64,000 nt of DNA, from contig CBDCSZ010000063.1 in assembly GCA_965221935.1 (NCBI GenBank), positions 57,764 through 121,763 on the forward strand, read 5' to 3'. Positions 1 to 10,032 of this stretch are shown here, piece after piece. Each line of letters begins with the position of its first letter. Position 1 is the stretch's first letter. The DNA is from Paracoccaceae bacterium (GTDB lineage Bacteria; Pseudomonadota; Alphaproteobacteria; Rhodobacterales; Rhodobacteraceae). The notes beneath the pieces were generated by a model. That model saw only the letters and a program-made list of their open reading frames with translations. It was not told where the DNA came from and made no database searches. Position numbers and translations under genes: made by a program.

Positions 1-267
1 ATATGTCATGAGCAGGTACACGGGGTTGCAATCAAATATCTACGCAGCTAACATGGCAAGAGGAGGATATTGCTGACATGCGCCTCGGCAACTCCGCTGA
101 GGCTGGCACCCAATTCGGTTGGACCCGCCTCGAAGAGATGCTCTGCCACCTTTCGTTGGCCTTGATGCCGCATGACGGTCAAATCCAGATAAGAGCGCAT
201 GCTTGAGGCAACAAGTGTGACGCAGAACCGGTGGGCCTCTGCTCACCGACAACGAAAGGAATATTTG

Positions 268-2301
268 ATGCGTTTCAAATATATTCAGCTCGGCACCGTG
301 TTTGTCTGTGCGGCCGGAATTGCATCAGCAGACTGCCCGCCAGTCACTGTTGACGATCCAATGGGCGTTCCGGCAGGAAAATACGCGGATCAGTACGAGC
401 TGTCGGAATTCGAAACCTTGGCCAACTGCAAGCTGAGTTTCAGCGAAAATCCGGCAATTGCTGATCTCAACAGCCGCATCCGCGGCAACCCGGATCTGCC
501 GCCGCTGGCCGAACGGCTGCCGGAAGAGCCGCTGGTCATGGCACCCTATCATTCGATCGGGAAATACGGCGGCACGTTCAACGGCATGTCAAATGCCACA
601 GAAGCCGGCACCGGTGACTTCTTGAACATCAGGCACGTGAACCTGGTTCGCCTGGATGAGGACAATGTGTCGATCGTGCCCGATGTCGCCAAGGATTATG
701 AGTGGAACGACGACTTCACGCAGCTGACGTTCTATCTGCGCAGGGGCCACAGGTGGTCGGACGGCGCGCCTTTCACGGCGGACGACGTGAAATTCTGGTA
801 TGACAACCTGGCGCTCGATTCAAAAGTCATTCCGAATCCCACGGACTATACGCTGGTTGCGGGTGAGCGCATGACCGTGGATGTGATCGACCCGCAGACG
901 GTCAGGTTCAATCTGCCGGCCCCGAAGCCGGGTCTCTTGACGCACTTTGCGACGTCGTGGGCGCAGGGCTTCCAGCCGAAGCACTTCCTCGGCCGCTATC
1001 ATCCGGACATCAACCCTGACGCGGACAAGCTCGCCAAGGAAGCCGGTTTCGAGAACGGGCTCGCGGTGATCAAGGCCTATTGGGGGAACACGGACTGGAC
1101 CGACGCGCCGTCGGCGCTGCTCAGCGCCCCCGACCGGGTCGCGAACCTCCCGGCCGATGTCGTTCCGACGCTCGAGTCCCACATCTACATCTCGGACACA
1201 GTCGAAGGGCGTCATCTGGTGGCGAACCCATACTTCCACATCGTGGACACGGCGGGCAATCAGCTGCCCTACATCAACGAACAGGACGAGACCTATATCC
1301 CGAACACCGAAGTCCGCATTCTCAGGCTGATCAACGGTGAGGGCGATTACAAGTCGCAGGGACTGACACTGCCGAATGCGCCTCTGCTCCTTGAGAACCA
1401 GGAAGCCGGCGGCTACCAGATCGACTTGCTGCCGGTGCCGCATATGGTGACAGTTGGCTTCAACGTGACCTCGGACGACCTGGAAAAGCGCAAGGTTTTC
1501 GGAGACCTGCGTTTTCGACAGGCCATGTCGATTGCGATCGATCGGAATGCGATCAACGAATCAGCGTATTTTGGGCTGGGCGAACCGATGCAGTATTCTG
1601 GGATTAATCCGTTGCCGGACTTTATCGACCAAAAATGGACGTCCCATTATGCCGAGCATGATCCGGACCGGGCCACGGCGCTGCTTGATGAGGTCGGTTT
1701 GGCCGACACGGACGGCGACGGATTCCGCGAGCTTCCGAATGGCGACCCGTTTGTCCTCAACATACAGTTCAGCACACAGGAAATGCCGGTGCAGGCTATA
1801 GAGATCATCAGCCTGAACTGGTCGGAGGCGGGCGTGCGGACGACCATCAAGGAAGTCGCCACGGACGAGTACCGATCGGCACAATCGGCCGGCAAGCTTG
1901 ATGTAGGAATGTGGTCAAAGGGCCGGTTGCTCACGGGTCACCTCGGCACCAACGATTACTGGGTGCCGCCGTTCGGAGACTACTTCAATCTTCGGGTCGG
2001 AATGAAATGGGCTGAATGGATCCAAACAGACGGCGCCAATGGTGTCGAACCTCCTGACTATGTTCATGAAATGATCAAGGACATTGGCACGTTCCAGTCA
2101 GTTGCGATTGGATCCGAGGAATTCGAAGCGGCGGGCAATCGTATGGTGGAAAACATGGTCTCCAACGTGCTCCAAATTGGCACGGTCGCGACGCCGAACC
2201 CGGTCTACCACCGCGACGCCTTGAAGAATTTCGTTGCCGTAGCGGGCGGCCGACCCTTTTCGTGGCGGTCACACCAGTGGTATCTGGACGAGGGCAATTG
2301 A
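268..2301 (+). CDS. ABC transporter substrate-binding protein, family 5 (Dpp/Opp-like), orphan
   Basis: ORF 199..2301. I chose ATG 268, which is preceded by AAAGGA at 255-260. The N-terminus is signal-peptide-like (MRFKYIQLGTVFVCAAGIASA). It is about three-quarters identical by eye over the first ~105 mature residues to the SBP at 15425..17470. No permease or ATPase genes are adjacent. Confidence 0.85.
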   Translation: MRFKYIQLGTVFVCAAGIASADCPPVTVDDPMGVPAGKYADQYELSEFETLANCKLSFSENPAIADLNSRIRGNPDLPPLAERLPEEPLVMAPYHSIGKYGGTFNGMSNATEAGTGDFLNIRHVNLVRLDEDNVSIVPDVAKDYEWNDDFTQLTFYLRRGHRWSDGAPFTADDVKFWYDNLALDSKVIPNPTDYTLVAGERMTVDVIDPQTVRFNLPAPKPGLLTHFATSWAQGFQPKHFLGRYHPDINPDADKLAKEAGFENGLAVIKAYWGNTDWTDAPSALLSAPDRVANLPADVVPTLESHIYISDTVEGRHLVANPYFHIVDTAGNQLPYINEQDETYIPNTEVRILRLINGEGDYKSQGLTLPNAPLLLENQEAGGYQIDLLPVPHMVTVGFNVTSDDLEKRKVFGDLRFRQAMSIAIDRNAINESAYFGLGEPMQYSGINPLPDFIDQKWTSHYAEHDPDRATALLDEVGLADTDGDGFRELPNGDPFVLNIQFSTQEMPVQAIEIISLNWSEAGVRTTIKEVATDEYRSAQSAGKLDVGMWSKGRLLTGHLGTNDYWVPPFGDYFNLRVGMKWAEWIQTDGANGVEPPDYVHEMIKDIGTFQSVAIGSEEFEAAGNRMVENMVSNVLQIGTVATPNPVYHRDALKNFVAVAGGRPFSWRSHQWYLDEGN

Positions 2302-2321
2302 CCCGACAACCAATTGGCAGG

Positions 2322-2342
2322 GGCGCCCGGGATTCGGGCGCC
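2322..2342 (+). terminator. GC stem-loop after the SBP gene (weak terminator candidate)
   Basis: ggcgccc (2322-2328) and gggcgcc (2336-2342) are reverse complements with a 7-nt loop. The structure begins 21 nt after the stop codon. No U-tract follows. Confidence 0.25.
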
Positions 2343-2802
2343 TCCGCAACAACCGGACAATCCTGGTTTCAGCGGTCCTGATGCGCCTGTTGCCGTAGAT
2401 TTGCAGCCAAAAGCTGTGCGCCCGGGGAAAGGCGTCCCCAAACCCGCCCTGACCGCTGCCGGCAAGGCTTCCGCACCGGCGTCGGCAACAGAGATTTCCC
2501 AACCTCGCAATGGCTCTTGACACATGCCGCCGGCGCCTTTGAAAATCCGCGCCGCGAACAGGCTCGGGGCTGTTCTTCAGCAATCTCCCGCGAACGAAAA
2601 CATGCACGCTGCCCAAAGCGGATTTCGCCAGATTTCAATGGGCTGGCAGATCTGGCGGAACCGGTCCGGCTGTGCCGGGGCAAGTGCGAAAATCGTGCCA
2701 AAGCCGCAACGATAACGGCGGTTCGACTATGCCGGGCGCGGATTCAGTTTCAAATTGTTCCGTCGGCGGAGATAAAGCGGCAACGCTGGAGGGAGCTACC
2801 AA

Positions 2803-4101
2803 TTGCCGATCAAAGCCGGAATCCTGCATCCGTCCTTCCCTGATCAAGAATCTCCGCGCACGGCCGAGGCCTGCCTGGATGAGGCGGTCTCTCTCGCGAC
2901 GGCTCTGGGCTTCACGACCGCATTTAAGCAGGTTGTCCGGCTTCGTTCTGTCAACGGCGCAACCCTGTTTGGTTCCGGAAGATGTGACAGTCTGAAGCGG
3001 GAAATTGATGCGGCCAATGCGTCGGCCGCGGTTGTCGACGGCTCGATTTCAGCGGTCCAGCAGCGAAATCTGGAAAGGCTCTGGGATGTCCGGGTGCTGG
3101 ATCGAACAGGTCTGATTCTGGAGATATTCGCCAGCCGGGCGAAAACCCGGGAGGGTGTGCTGCAGGTCGAACTGGCACAACTGGAATACCTGAAATCCAG
3201 ACTGGTCCGCCGCTGGACCCACCTCGAACGTCAGCGTGGCGCCCTTGGGTTCGTGGGCGGATCCGGGGAAACCCAGATCGAGTCCGACCGGCGCGCGATT
3301 GACGACAGGATAATTCGTGTAAAGCGCAAGCTGCTGGCGGTCAGACGCACGCGCGGGCTGCACCGGTCGGCCAGAAAAGCCGTCCCATACCCAGCCGTTG
3401 CGCTTGTCGGCTACACAAATGCCGGAAAATCAACACTGTTCAACCGCCTGACCGGCGCGGAAGTATGGGCAGACGACGCATTGTTCGCGACGCTTGACCC
3501 GACCATGAGATTGGTCACGCTCCCCTCAGGCCGGCAAGCGGTGTTCTCCGACACGGTCGGCTTCATATCCGATCTTCCGACGCAGCTGGTCGCCGCATTC
3601 CGCGCAACACTGGAAGAAGTCACCAACGCTGACATCGTCGTGCATGTCCGGGACCTGACGCACCCTGAATTCGAATCACAGGTTCTCGGCGTCAATGAAG
3701 TTCTCAGAGAACTGAACGTTGATCCCACCGACTCCCAAAGAGTTGTGCAGGCCTGGAACAAGATCGATTTGCTGGCGACCGGCGACAGGGAAGACATGCT
3801 GACCGGGAACGGATGCAGCCAGTCTCATTTTCCAGTTTCGGCGATTTCCGGCGACGGGCTCGACCAATTGCTGGGTAAGATTGACGAGCTTCTTCGCGCC
3901 GGCGACCGGACGGAGACCGTGCTTCTATCGTGCGCCGATGGAAAACAGCGGGCCTGGCTTTTCGGAGAGAGGGTCGTGCAAAACGAGACACTGCGCGACG
4001 AATGCCTGGAACTCAAGGTGCGCTGGTCAGACGCCCAGGCAGCGCGATTCCGGAATCGGTTCGGCTGCAGCCCGGGCGCCGGCTCTGTCGGGGGCAAATA
4101 A
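2803..4101 (+). CDS. hflX: GTPase HflX
   Basis: 432-aa ORF with a TTG start after GGAGGGAG. GTPase motifs are present: G1 GYTNAGKSTLFNRLTG, G3 DTVGF, G4 NKID. The N-terminal domain shows the typical HflX pattern (LEYLKSRLVR..ETQIESDRR). Confidence 0.85.
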   Translation: MPIKAGILHPSFPDQESPRTAEACLDEAVSLATALGFTTAFKQVVRLRSVNGATLFGSGRCDSLKREIDAANASAAVVDGSISAVQQRNLERLWDVRVLDRTGLILEIFASRAKTREGVLQVELAQLEYLKSRLVRRWTHLERQRGALGFVGGSGETQIESDRRAIDDRIIRVKRKLLAVRRTRGLHRSARKAVPYPAVALVGYTNAGKSTLFNRLTGAEVWADDALFATLDPTMRLVTLPSGRQAVFSDTVGFISDLPTQLVAAFRATLEEVTNADIVVHVRDLTHPEFESQVLGVNEVLRELNVDPTDSQRVVQAWNKIDLLATGDREDMLTGNGCSQSHFPVSAISGDGLDQLLGKIDELLRAGDRTETVLLSCADGKQRAWLFGERVVQNETLRDECLELKVRWSDAQAARFRNRFGCSPGAGSVGGK

Positions 4102-4497
4102 GCTGTCGCCGGCTTTCGCTGCCGGTCGGCGCCTGTCAAGGCACGGTCATCGCGGCGGGTTGTCCTGTTCTGTCACCGCCGAAGCGCCGCAGTTCAGACC
4201 GATCGGAAAGGCGTCAGACCTTCCAGCCTGATTCAACCCAGGTGCGAATTGGCGTGGTCCTGGGCGGCTGAATATCCCGGTCGAGATTCCGCGCCGCCCG
4301 ACATTGTGGTTCACCGGCGACCGGCCGGATTCAATGCGGGCGTGCGCCATTTCGGCGAATTCTCCGGGGACGACAGTTTCATCAGCCGCCTTCGGGGCCA
4401 AATGAAGAGAGTCGCATCGTCGCGCGGGGCCCCTTAGCTGCCCTTCAGCGCCGCCGCGCGCCCATTCACCGCGGGTGGTGAGCCGACGCGTGTCGGA

Positions 4498-5292
4498 TTA
4501 TGAATTGCTGTAGATCAACGGGTTCTGGTCTTCGTCGTTAAGCAGGTCACCGACACTGATTGTATTCAGGATCCGTTCTGGAAGGACGTTGGGTTCGCCA
4601 TTGAACCGGCTGTGATCGGGCATGTAGGCGCAGGTAAAAGCCCGCCGCGGTCTCGGCGTCATGTTCGCATTGGCGCCATGAGCCACCAGACCGTTGTGAA
4701 AGGAACATCCGCCCGCAGGCATGATGACAGGCACGGGTTCCATGCTGCTGAGTTCAGGATAGGCTTCGAATAAGGCGCCCAAGTGGCCTTCCGTAGGGTA
4801 GTCAACCAGTCTGCGCTTGTGCGTGCCCGGCATGAAAAACATGCAGCCGTTCTGCATTGTCACATCGTCCAGCGCGACCCAGATGCTTATGGAGTTTTCC
4901 GACGCGAAGGACCACTTTGTGTTGTCTTGGTGCCACGCCGTAGGAACTGCCCAAGGCAATTTTATCAACGCCTGATCGTGCCATATGCGAATTCCGTCGA
5001 CCCCCGCCAGGTCGGCCGCCATTTTGCCCAGCCGGCTGTCCAGCATTATTTCGCGCACACCGTCACGATCCATCCACAGGTTGATGCGCTGCTGGAACAC
5101 GTTATTTTTCTCTGACGTGCTCTCAAATTGATGGGATCCGACGGGCAGCACATTGTTTTCCCGAAGGGAGACCGCTTCGTCCACCGCTGCCCGCCAGGTG
5201 TCCAATTCGGTTTTGTCCAGAAAATCCTCGATGATGAGAAAACCGTTTTCCCGGTAGAAGGAAATCTGCGCGCTCGTCAGTGCATCGTTCAT
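4498..5292 (-). CDS. phytanoyl-CoA dioxygenase (PhyH) family Fe(II)/2-oxoglutarate oxygenase
   Basis: ORF 4498..5406. I chose the internal ATG at 5292, preceded by AAAGGAG on the minus strand. Family motifs seen: WHQD..., ALDDVTMQNGCMFFMPGTHK, and a distal His in HNGLVAHGA. Confidence 0.8.
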   Translation of the reverse strand: MNDALTSAQISFYRENGFLIIEDFLDKTELDTWRAAVDEAVSLRENNVLPVGSHQFESTSEKNNVFQQRINLWMDRDGVREIMLDSRLGKMAADLAGVDGIRIWHDQALIKLPWAVPTAWHQDNTKWSFASENSISIWVALDDVTMQNGCMFFMPGTHKRRLVDYPTEGHLGALFEAYPELSSMEPVPVIMPAGGCSFHNGLVAHGANANMTPRPRRAFTCAYMPDHSRFNGEPNVLPERILNTISVGDLLNDEDQNPLIYSNS

Positions 5293-5922
5293 AGATCCAC
5301 TCCTTTCGTGTGGATTGGCCTCGCAGGCGATCCTCCAGCGATCCGATCCGAACGGCGGCGCGCGCCGGACCTGACACATGAAAGACGCGTGTGCGCAAGA
5401 ATGCACGTCAGCTTCGCTGTATGCAACCGAATCTTAATACCGTCATGTTGAAAGTCGCAAAGCAAAGAGCAAACATCTGACTGTTCGAAATACGTGACGT
5501 GGCGGTCAAGCGCTTCGCCCTTGAAGTGCTTGGGGACCGTGTCGACTTGATGCAAAACTGCGGCGCCGGGAGCAGCGAGCGCAAGGCGGCGATCGCAGAA
5601 AAGTCGGCAATTCACCTTGGGGACGCACAACAGCAGACCGCTCAAACAGCATTGAGTCGCTCCACTGCGCCTTGAATTGCGGTCAGTTTTGCAAAACCCG
5701 TTTCAACGGCTTGAGAAGGCCGCGACTGCAGTGCATCGAAATGTTTGTGAGAATGGGTCGTCGACCCGCACCTTGCATGCCCGCGGTTCCTGCCGCCAGC
5801 CGCAGCGGTTTGGCATGAAATCATATTCGCCGACGGTAACTCCGAAATCATGCATCGGTCAATTTTCCGCCTCCAGCGTTATCGTCTCCGCGATGTGGGC
5901 CGCCCGACTCCACATACGAGGC

Positions 5923-7464
5923 TCACGACTTCAGGCTGTATGTTTCTTCTGAATTCTCTTTGACAGCCCCGGCCTGACCCGCTTCGGAGCACGAATTTAC
6001 CAGGCGCCGGTTCAATGGATTGAGACTGCCGTACAGTTCCTGGAACATGCCAAACCGATCCTCTGATAGACCGCTCAGTTCCGGCTCGGGCCGAAAGTCC
6101 GTTTCTGTGGCGACAAGAGTCTCCGTCGCTTCACGCAGATCCGCCATGCCGCCGGATGCCACAGCCGCCAAGACCAATGCGCCCATCGCGCCTGTCTCTT
6201 TGGCGGCGACCCGGCTCAAAGTTCGACCTAAAGCGTTTGCTCTGATCCGGCACCAGACATTGGATGACGCGCCGCCACCACCATGGCGAAGCTGCCGGAC
6301 CGTACGGCCGCCGCTCGTTTCTATCGACTCAAGAGCGAGGCGCGCTGAAAAGGCAACTCCTTCCATAACTGACCCCGCCAGCTCGGCCGGGCCGGTCACG
6401 CTGGTCATGCCCGCAAAAGCGCCGCGCGAATGCGGGTCCCAGAGCGGCGCCCGTTCTCCTTCAAGGTGCGGGAGGAAAAGCGGACTGTCCCGCTCGATTC
6501 GCACGGTTCCCGCCAGCCTGTCGATTGCGGCGATATCTTGGCCGATGACACTGGACAGCCACACCAGCGAAGCCCCGCCTGACTGGGTCGGTCCCGCATG
6601 CAGCGTGATGCCGCGCCAATCCGGGAAGGTGACAATGCCGGGTGCTCCATTGCGTTTCCTGGAAATCAGACCAAGAACCTCGCTGGTGCCGGAAAGGTAC
6701 ATCGCCTCGCCGTCTGACACCACGCCAAGACCGAACATGCCCGCCCATGCGTCCATGGTGCAGACGGCGACAGGCACACCCACAAATGGGCAGTCTGGCC
6801 GGACATAACCAGCGATATCAAGAGGATCGCCGAGTGCCGGAAGACGCGCGGCGGCGTTGGGCACGAGGTCAACGACCGCCCCGGCATAGCCCAGATCGGC
6901 TCCGACGAGCCCGACGCTGGAAATCGGGTCGGCGACAAGCTCTCCGGTGAGTTTCCTGATTACGAAATCTTTGGGCAGCATGACGTGCGCCGTCGACTCC
7001 CAAATCTCCGGATGGGTTTCGATGACCCAAGCCATTCGGGCCAGCGCGTGGCTTGCATCAATTGTGATTGGCGCACCGAGAGCCGCAATCTTCGCGGCAA
7101 CATCGATTCCCGCATCCAGTCGGCTGGCATGATGCGCCGGCCGTGTATCCTGCCAAGTCAGCGCTGGATGCAGCGGCATGCCTCCCGCATCGCAGAACAC
7201 GTGCGAATTGACCTGCGAAGTGACACCGATCGCTGCAACTTCCCGTGCCCGGCCGTGTTTTGCAAATTGGGCAAGCGCCGCCTCAGCCCCTGCAATCCAG
7301 TGATCAGGATTCTGTTCAGCGGCACCTGGTGTTGGCCGGTTTGTATGATGAACGGATGAGAAGGAGTCCAACAATATGCCGCCCGGCGCGCGCATTGACG
7401 CCTTGACCGAACTGGTCCCGATATCAATTCCGATAAAGACGAACCCCGTCTCATACGGTGCCAT
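5923..7464 (-). CDS. FGGY-family carbohydrate kinase
   Basis: ORF 5923..7497. I chose ATG 7464, which has GGGAG 6 nt upstream. The N-terminal ATPase motif GIDIGTSSVKA is present and the length (~513 aa) is typical of xylulokinase/gluconokinase-like kinases. Confidence 0.85.
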   Translation of the reverse strand: MAPYETGFVFIGIDIGTSSVKASMRAPGGILLDSFSSVHHTNRPTPGAAEQNPDHWIAGAEAALAQFAKHGRAREVAAIGVTSQVNSHVFCDAGGMPLHPALTWQDTRPAHHASRLDAGIDVAAKIAALGAPITIDASHALARMAWVIETHPEIWESTAHVMLPKDFVIRKLTGELVADPISSVGLVGADLGYAGAVVDLVPNAAARLPALGDPLDIAGYVRPDCPFVGVPVAVCTMDAWAGMFGLGVVSDGEAMYLSGTSEVLGLISRKRNGAPGIVTFPDWRGITLHAGPTQSGGASLVWLSSVIGQDIAAIDRLAGTVRIERDSPLFLPHLEGERAPLWDPHSRGAFAGMTSVTGPAELAGSVMEGVAFSARLALESIETSGGRTVRQLRHGGGGASSNVWCRIRANALGRTLSRVAAKETGAMGALVLAAVASGGMADLREATETLVATETDFRPEPELSGLSEDRFGMFQELYGSLNPLNRRLVNSCSEAGQAGAVKENSEETYSLKS

Positions 7465-7557
7465 CAGTAACTCCCTGGTTGGCTGTTCTATGGACAATCA
7501 GACAATCCGGTGACAAGACTAAGGTTATCGGATCAGCGAGACCACCGGGAGAAAACA

Positions 7558-8472
7558 ATGCTTTTTCGCACTTTCTTAGTTGCGGCAGCAATCGCCGCAG
7601 GGTTTGGCAAAGCTGCTCTGGCACAAGAGGTGGCGGTGGTAACCCCTTACCTTGCCCAGCCAGGAACGCAGTTCTATGTCGACGGTTTTGAAATGCGCGC
7701 CGAAGAACTTGGATGGAATGTGAACGTCATCGACACCGCGGGCGATGTGGCGGCCGTCATCAGCCGAATCGAAGATGTCGTGACTCAAGGCGTTGACGCA
7801 ATTGTCATCAACGTCGATCCTTCCCAAATCGGCGCCGGGCTGCAGACTGCAGCTGATGCGAATGTCCCTGTTGTAGGAATGGATGCCGGCAGCGACCCGC
7901 TCGTCGCAGCCAACATCACTTCCAACGGATACGCAATGGCCGCCGAAACCGCCGTTTACGTCGCCAACCGGATCGGCGGCGAGGGCAATGTTGTCATGTT
8001 TACCTTCGATCCGTTCCCGCCGGTGCAGGTCCGGGGAGTGATCGCTGATGCCGTCTTCGGCAATTTCCCGGATATTGAAGTGATCGACCGAATCACACCC
8101 GATGTCAGTGACGGCGGAATCGCAGACAGCCGCGCACAGATGGAAGCGGTGCTGTCAGCCAATCCCGAGCCCGGCGCAGTCGCCGCGGTATGGGCCGCGT
8201 GGGACCAGCCCGCGTTGGGCGCGCTGCAGGCGATCGAAGCGGCGGGGCGTGAAAACGAGGGTATCGTCATCACTGGTATTGACGCCAATCCTCAGGCCCG
8301 CGCGGCAATCGCCGCGGGCGGCAGTTTTGAAGCGTCTGTCGCTCAGGACTTTGACGGCATTGGGCAGGCCACCGCTGATACAGTTGCGCGGCTGCTTGCC
8401 GGAGAAGATCTCGTTCAGAAAGTGATTTACGTCCCGACGAGACTGATTACAGCGGCGAACGCTGGCCCATAA
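7558..8472 (+). CDS. sugar ABC transporter periplasmic binding protein (ribose-type fold)
   Basis: ORF 7510..8472. I chose ATG 7558 after GGGAGA. A signal peptide is present (MLFRTFLVAAAIAAGFGKAALA). It is followed by matching ATPase and permease genes. Confidence 0.85.
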   Translation: MLFRTFLVAAAIAAGFGKAALAQEVAVVTPYLAQPGTQFYVDGFEMRAEELGWNVNVIDTAGDVAAVISRIEDVVTQGVDAIVINVDPSQIGAGLQTAADANVPVVGMDAGSDPLVAANITSNGYAMAAETAVYVANRIGGEGNVVMFTFDPFPPVQVRGVIADAVFGNFPDIEVIDRITPDVSDGGIADSRAQMEAVLSANPEPGAVAAVWAAWDQPALGALQAIEAAGRENEGIVITGIDANPQARAAIAAGGSFEASVAQDFDGIGQATADTVARLLAGEDLVQKVIYVPTRLITAANAGP

Positions 8473-8514
8473 ATCTGAACCCAGGGCGCCGCACAGGCGC
8501 TCTGCGCACATTTA

Positions 8515-10032
8515 ATGCGCGAATTCGAACTCTCCCGCGTCAGCCGGAGTTTTGGCGCAGTTCAGGCTTTGGATGATGTCAGCCTGACCCTCAGGTCGGG
8601 TGAAATCAACGCGTTGGTCGGAGAGAACGGCGCCGGCAAATCAACCCTGATCCGGATTCTCGCGGGGCTCGAAAGGCCCGACAAGGGACGGCTGCGAATA
8701 GACGGAGCCGAACTGCCGGAAGCAAACCCGTCCGCCATGCGGTCGGCCGGACTGCGGTTTATCCATCAGGAACTGCATTCCGTAGGCTGGCTGTCGGTGG
8801 CCGAAAACATGCACTTGGATCACCCGTACCCGAGCATCGGCGGCTTGGTGAATTGGCGCGCGCTGAACCGGACCGCAGCGGAAGGACTGCGGCGGCTGGG
8901 TCTCGGAAGACTTGATTCCCGCGCTGCCATGTCCGAACTCGGAGCGGGCGATCAGATGTTGGTTCGGATTGCCGCTTCTCTGATCGAAACCGCGGGACCG
9001 CCGCCTTGGCTTTATGTCATGGACGAACCGACGGCGGCGCTGACAGCCGAAGAAACAGACCGGCTCTTCGCCGTGATCGACGGCCTTGTTCAGCGCGGTG
9101 CCGGCGTGCTCTATGTTTCTCACCGCATGCCCGAGGTCATGAAACTCGCAGACCGCATCTCGGTTTTGCGCGACGGCAGAAGCATTTCAACCCGACGCCT
9201 GAAAGAAACGACACAGGCACAGGTAATCGAAGACATGACAGGGCGGCACCTGAGACAGCTTTTTCCCCGGCGGCGCGAAAACAACACACCCGGCGACGTC
9301 GTTCTGAGGGTCAGGGGATTGCGTGCAGGAAAATTGATGCGCGCTGACTTTGAACTTCGGGCAGGCGAAGTGCTGGGCATTGCGGGCGTTTCCGGATCTG
9401 GGCGCGGAACGCTGCTGCGGATCTTGCTGGGCGACATTGCCAAACAGGGAGGAAGCGCCGAATTGGACGGTCAGCCGCTGGGCCGCACACCTGAAGAGTC
9501 TTGGAAAATCGGGCTTGCTTATGTTCCGCGGGAGCGCCGCTCCGAAGGGCTGATGATGCGCCGCAAAATCTCCGAAAACATAGTGCTGCCCCACCTTTCC
9601 GGACTGTCCCGCGCAGGGTGTTTTCTTGACCACAGCCGGCAGAAACGCGTCGCAAGACAGCTTGGCGAACGTGTCCGGCTGAAGGCGCAGTCCGTTGCTC
9701 AATTCTGCGAGGAACTTTCCGGCGGTAACCAGCAAAAGGTTCTGTTCGCGCGGGCTCTTGTCGATAATCCGCGGGTCCTGTTGCTCGATGAACCGACCCG
9801 AGGCGTGGATATCGGCGCCAGGCACGAACTCTATCGCCTGATCCGTCAGTTCAGTGAACAGGGCCTCGCGGTCATCATCTCCTCTTCTGATCTGCCGGAA
9901 CTGATTGGTCTCTCAGACCGCATTGCCATTTTGCGCGACGGAGCGATGGCGGACATTATTGAGGCGGCTTCACTTTCAGAAGCCGACCTCCTTTCGCGCA
10001 TCTATGCTCTGCCGGAGAGAGAAGCGGCGTGA
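8515..10032 (+). CDS. sugar ABC transporter ATP-binding protein (two fused ATPase domains)
   Basis: 505 aa. Walker A GENGAGKST sits in the first half and GVSGSGRGT in the second. The signature LSGGNQQK is present. The stop overlaps the start of the next gene. Confidence 0.9.
   Translation: MREFELSRVSRSFGAVQALDDVSLTLRSGEINALVGENGAGKSTLIRILAGLERPDKGRLRIDGAELPEANPSAMRSAGLRFIHQELHSVGWLSVAENMHLDHPYPSIGGLVNWRALNRTAAEGLRRLGLGRLDSRAAMSELGAGDQMLVRIAASLIETAGPPPWLYVMDEPTAALTAEETDRLFAVIDGLVQRGAGVLYVSHRMPEVMKLADRISVLRDGRSISTRRLKETTQAQVIEDMTGRHLRQLFPRRRENNTPGDVVLRVRGLRAGKLMRADFELRAGEVLGIAGVSGSGRGTLLRILLGDIAKQGGSAELDGQPLGRTPEESWKIGLAYVPRERRSEGLMMRRKISENIVLPHLSGLSRAGCFLDHSRQKRVARQLGERVRLKAQSVAQFCEELSGGNQQKVLFARALVDNPRVLLLDEPTRGVDIGARHELYRLIRQFSEQGLAVIISSSDLPELIGLSDRIAILRDGAMADIIEAASLSEADLLSRIYALPEREAA

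Noticed and set aside
78-206. 42-aa ORF after a GGAGG at the left edge of the window.
   Set aside because: The SD-to-ATG spacing is long (about 11 nt), there is no family signal, and the ORF is very short. The evidence is insufficient.
2302-2802. Search for a decayed hfq upstream of hflX.
   Set aside because: None of the supplied frames shows an Sm-like pattern (..V.I.L.NG..L.G.I..FD.F..LL..). I report only the absence.
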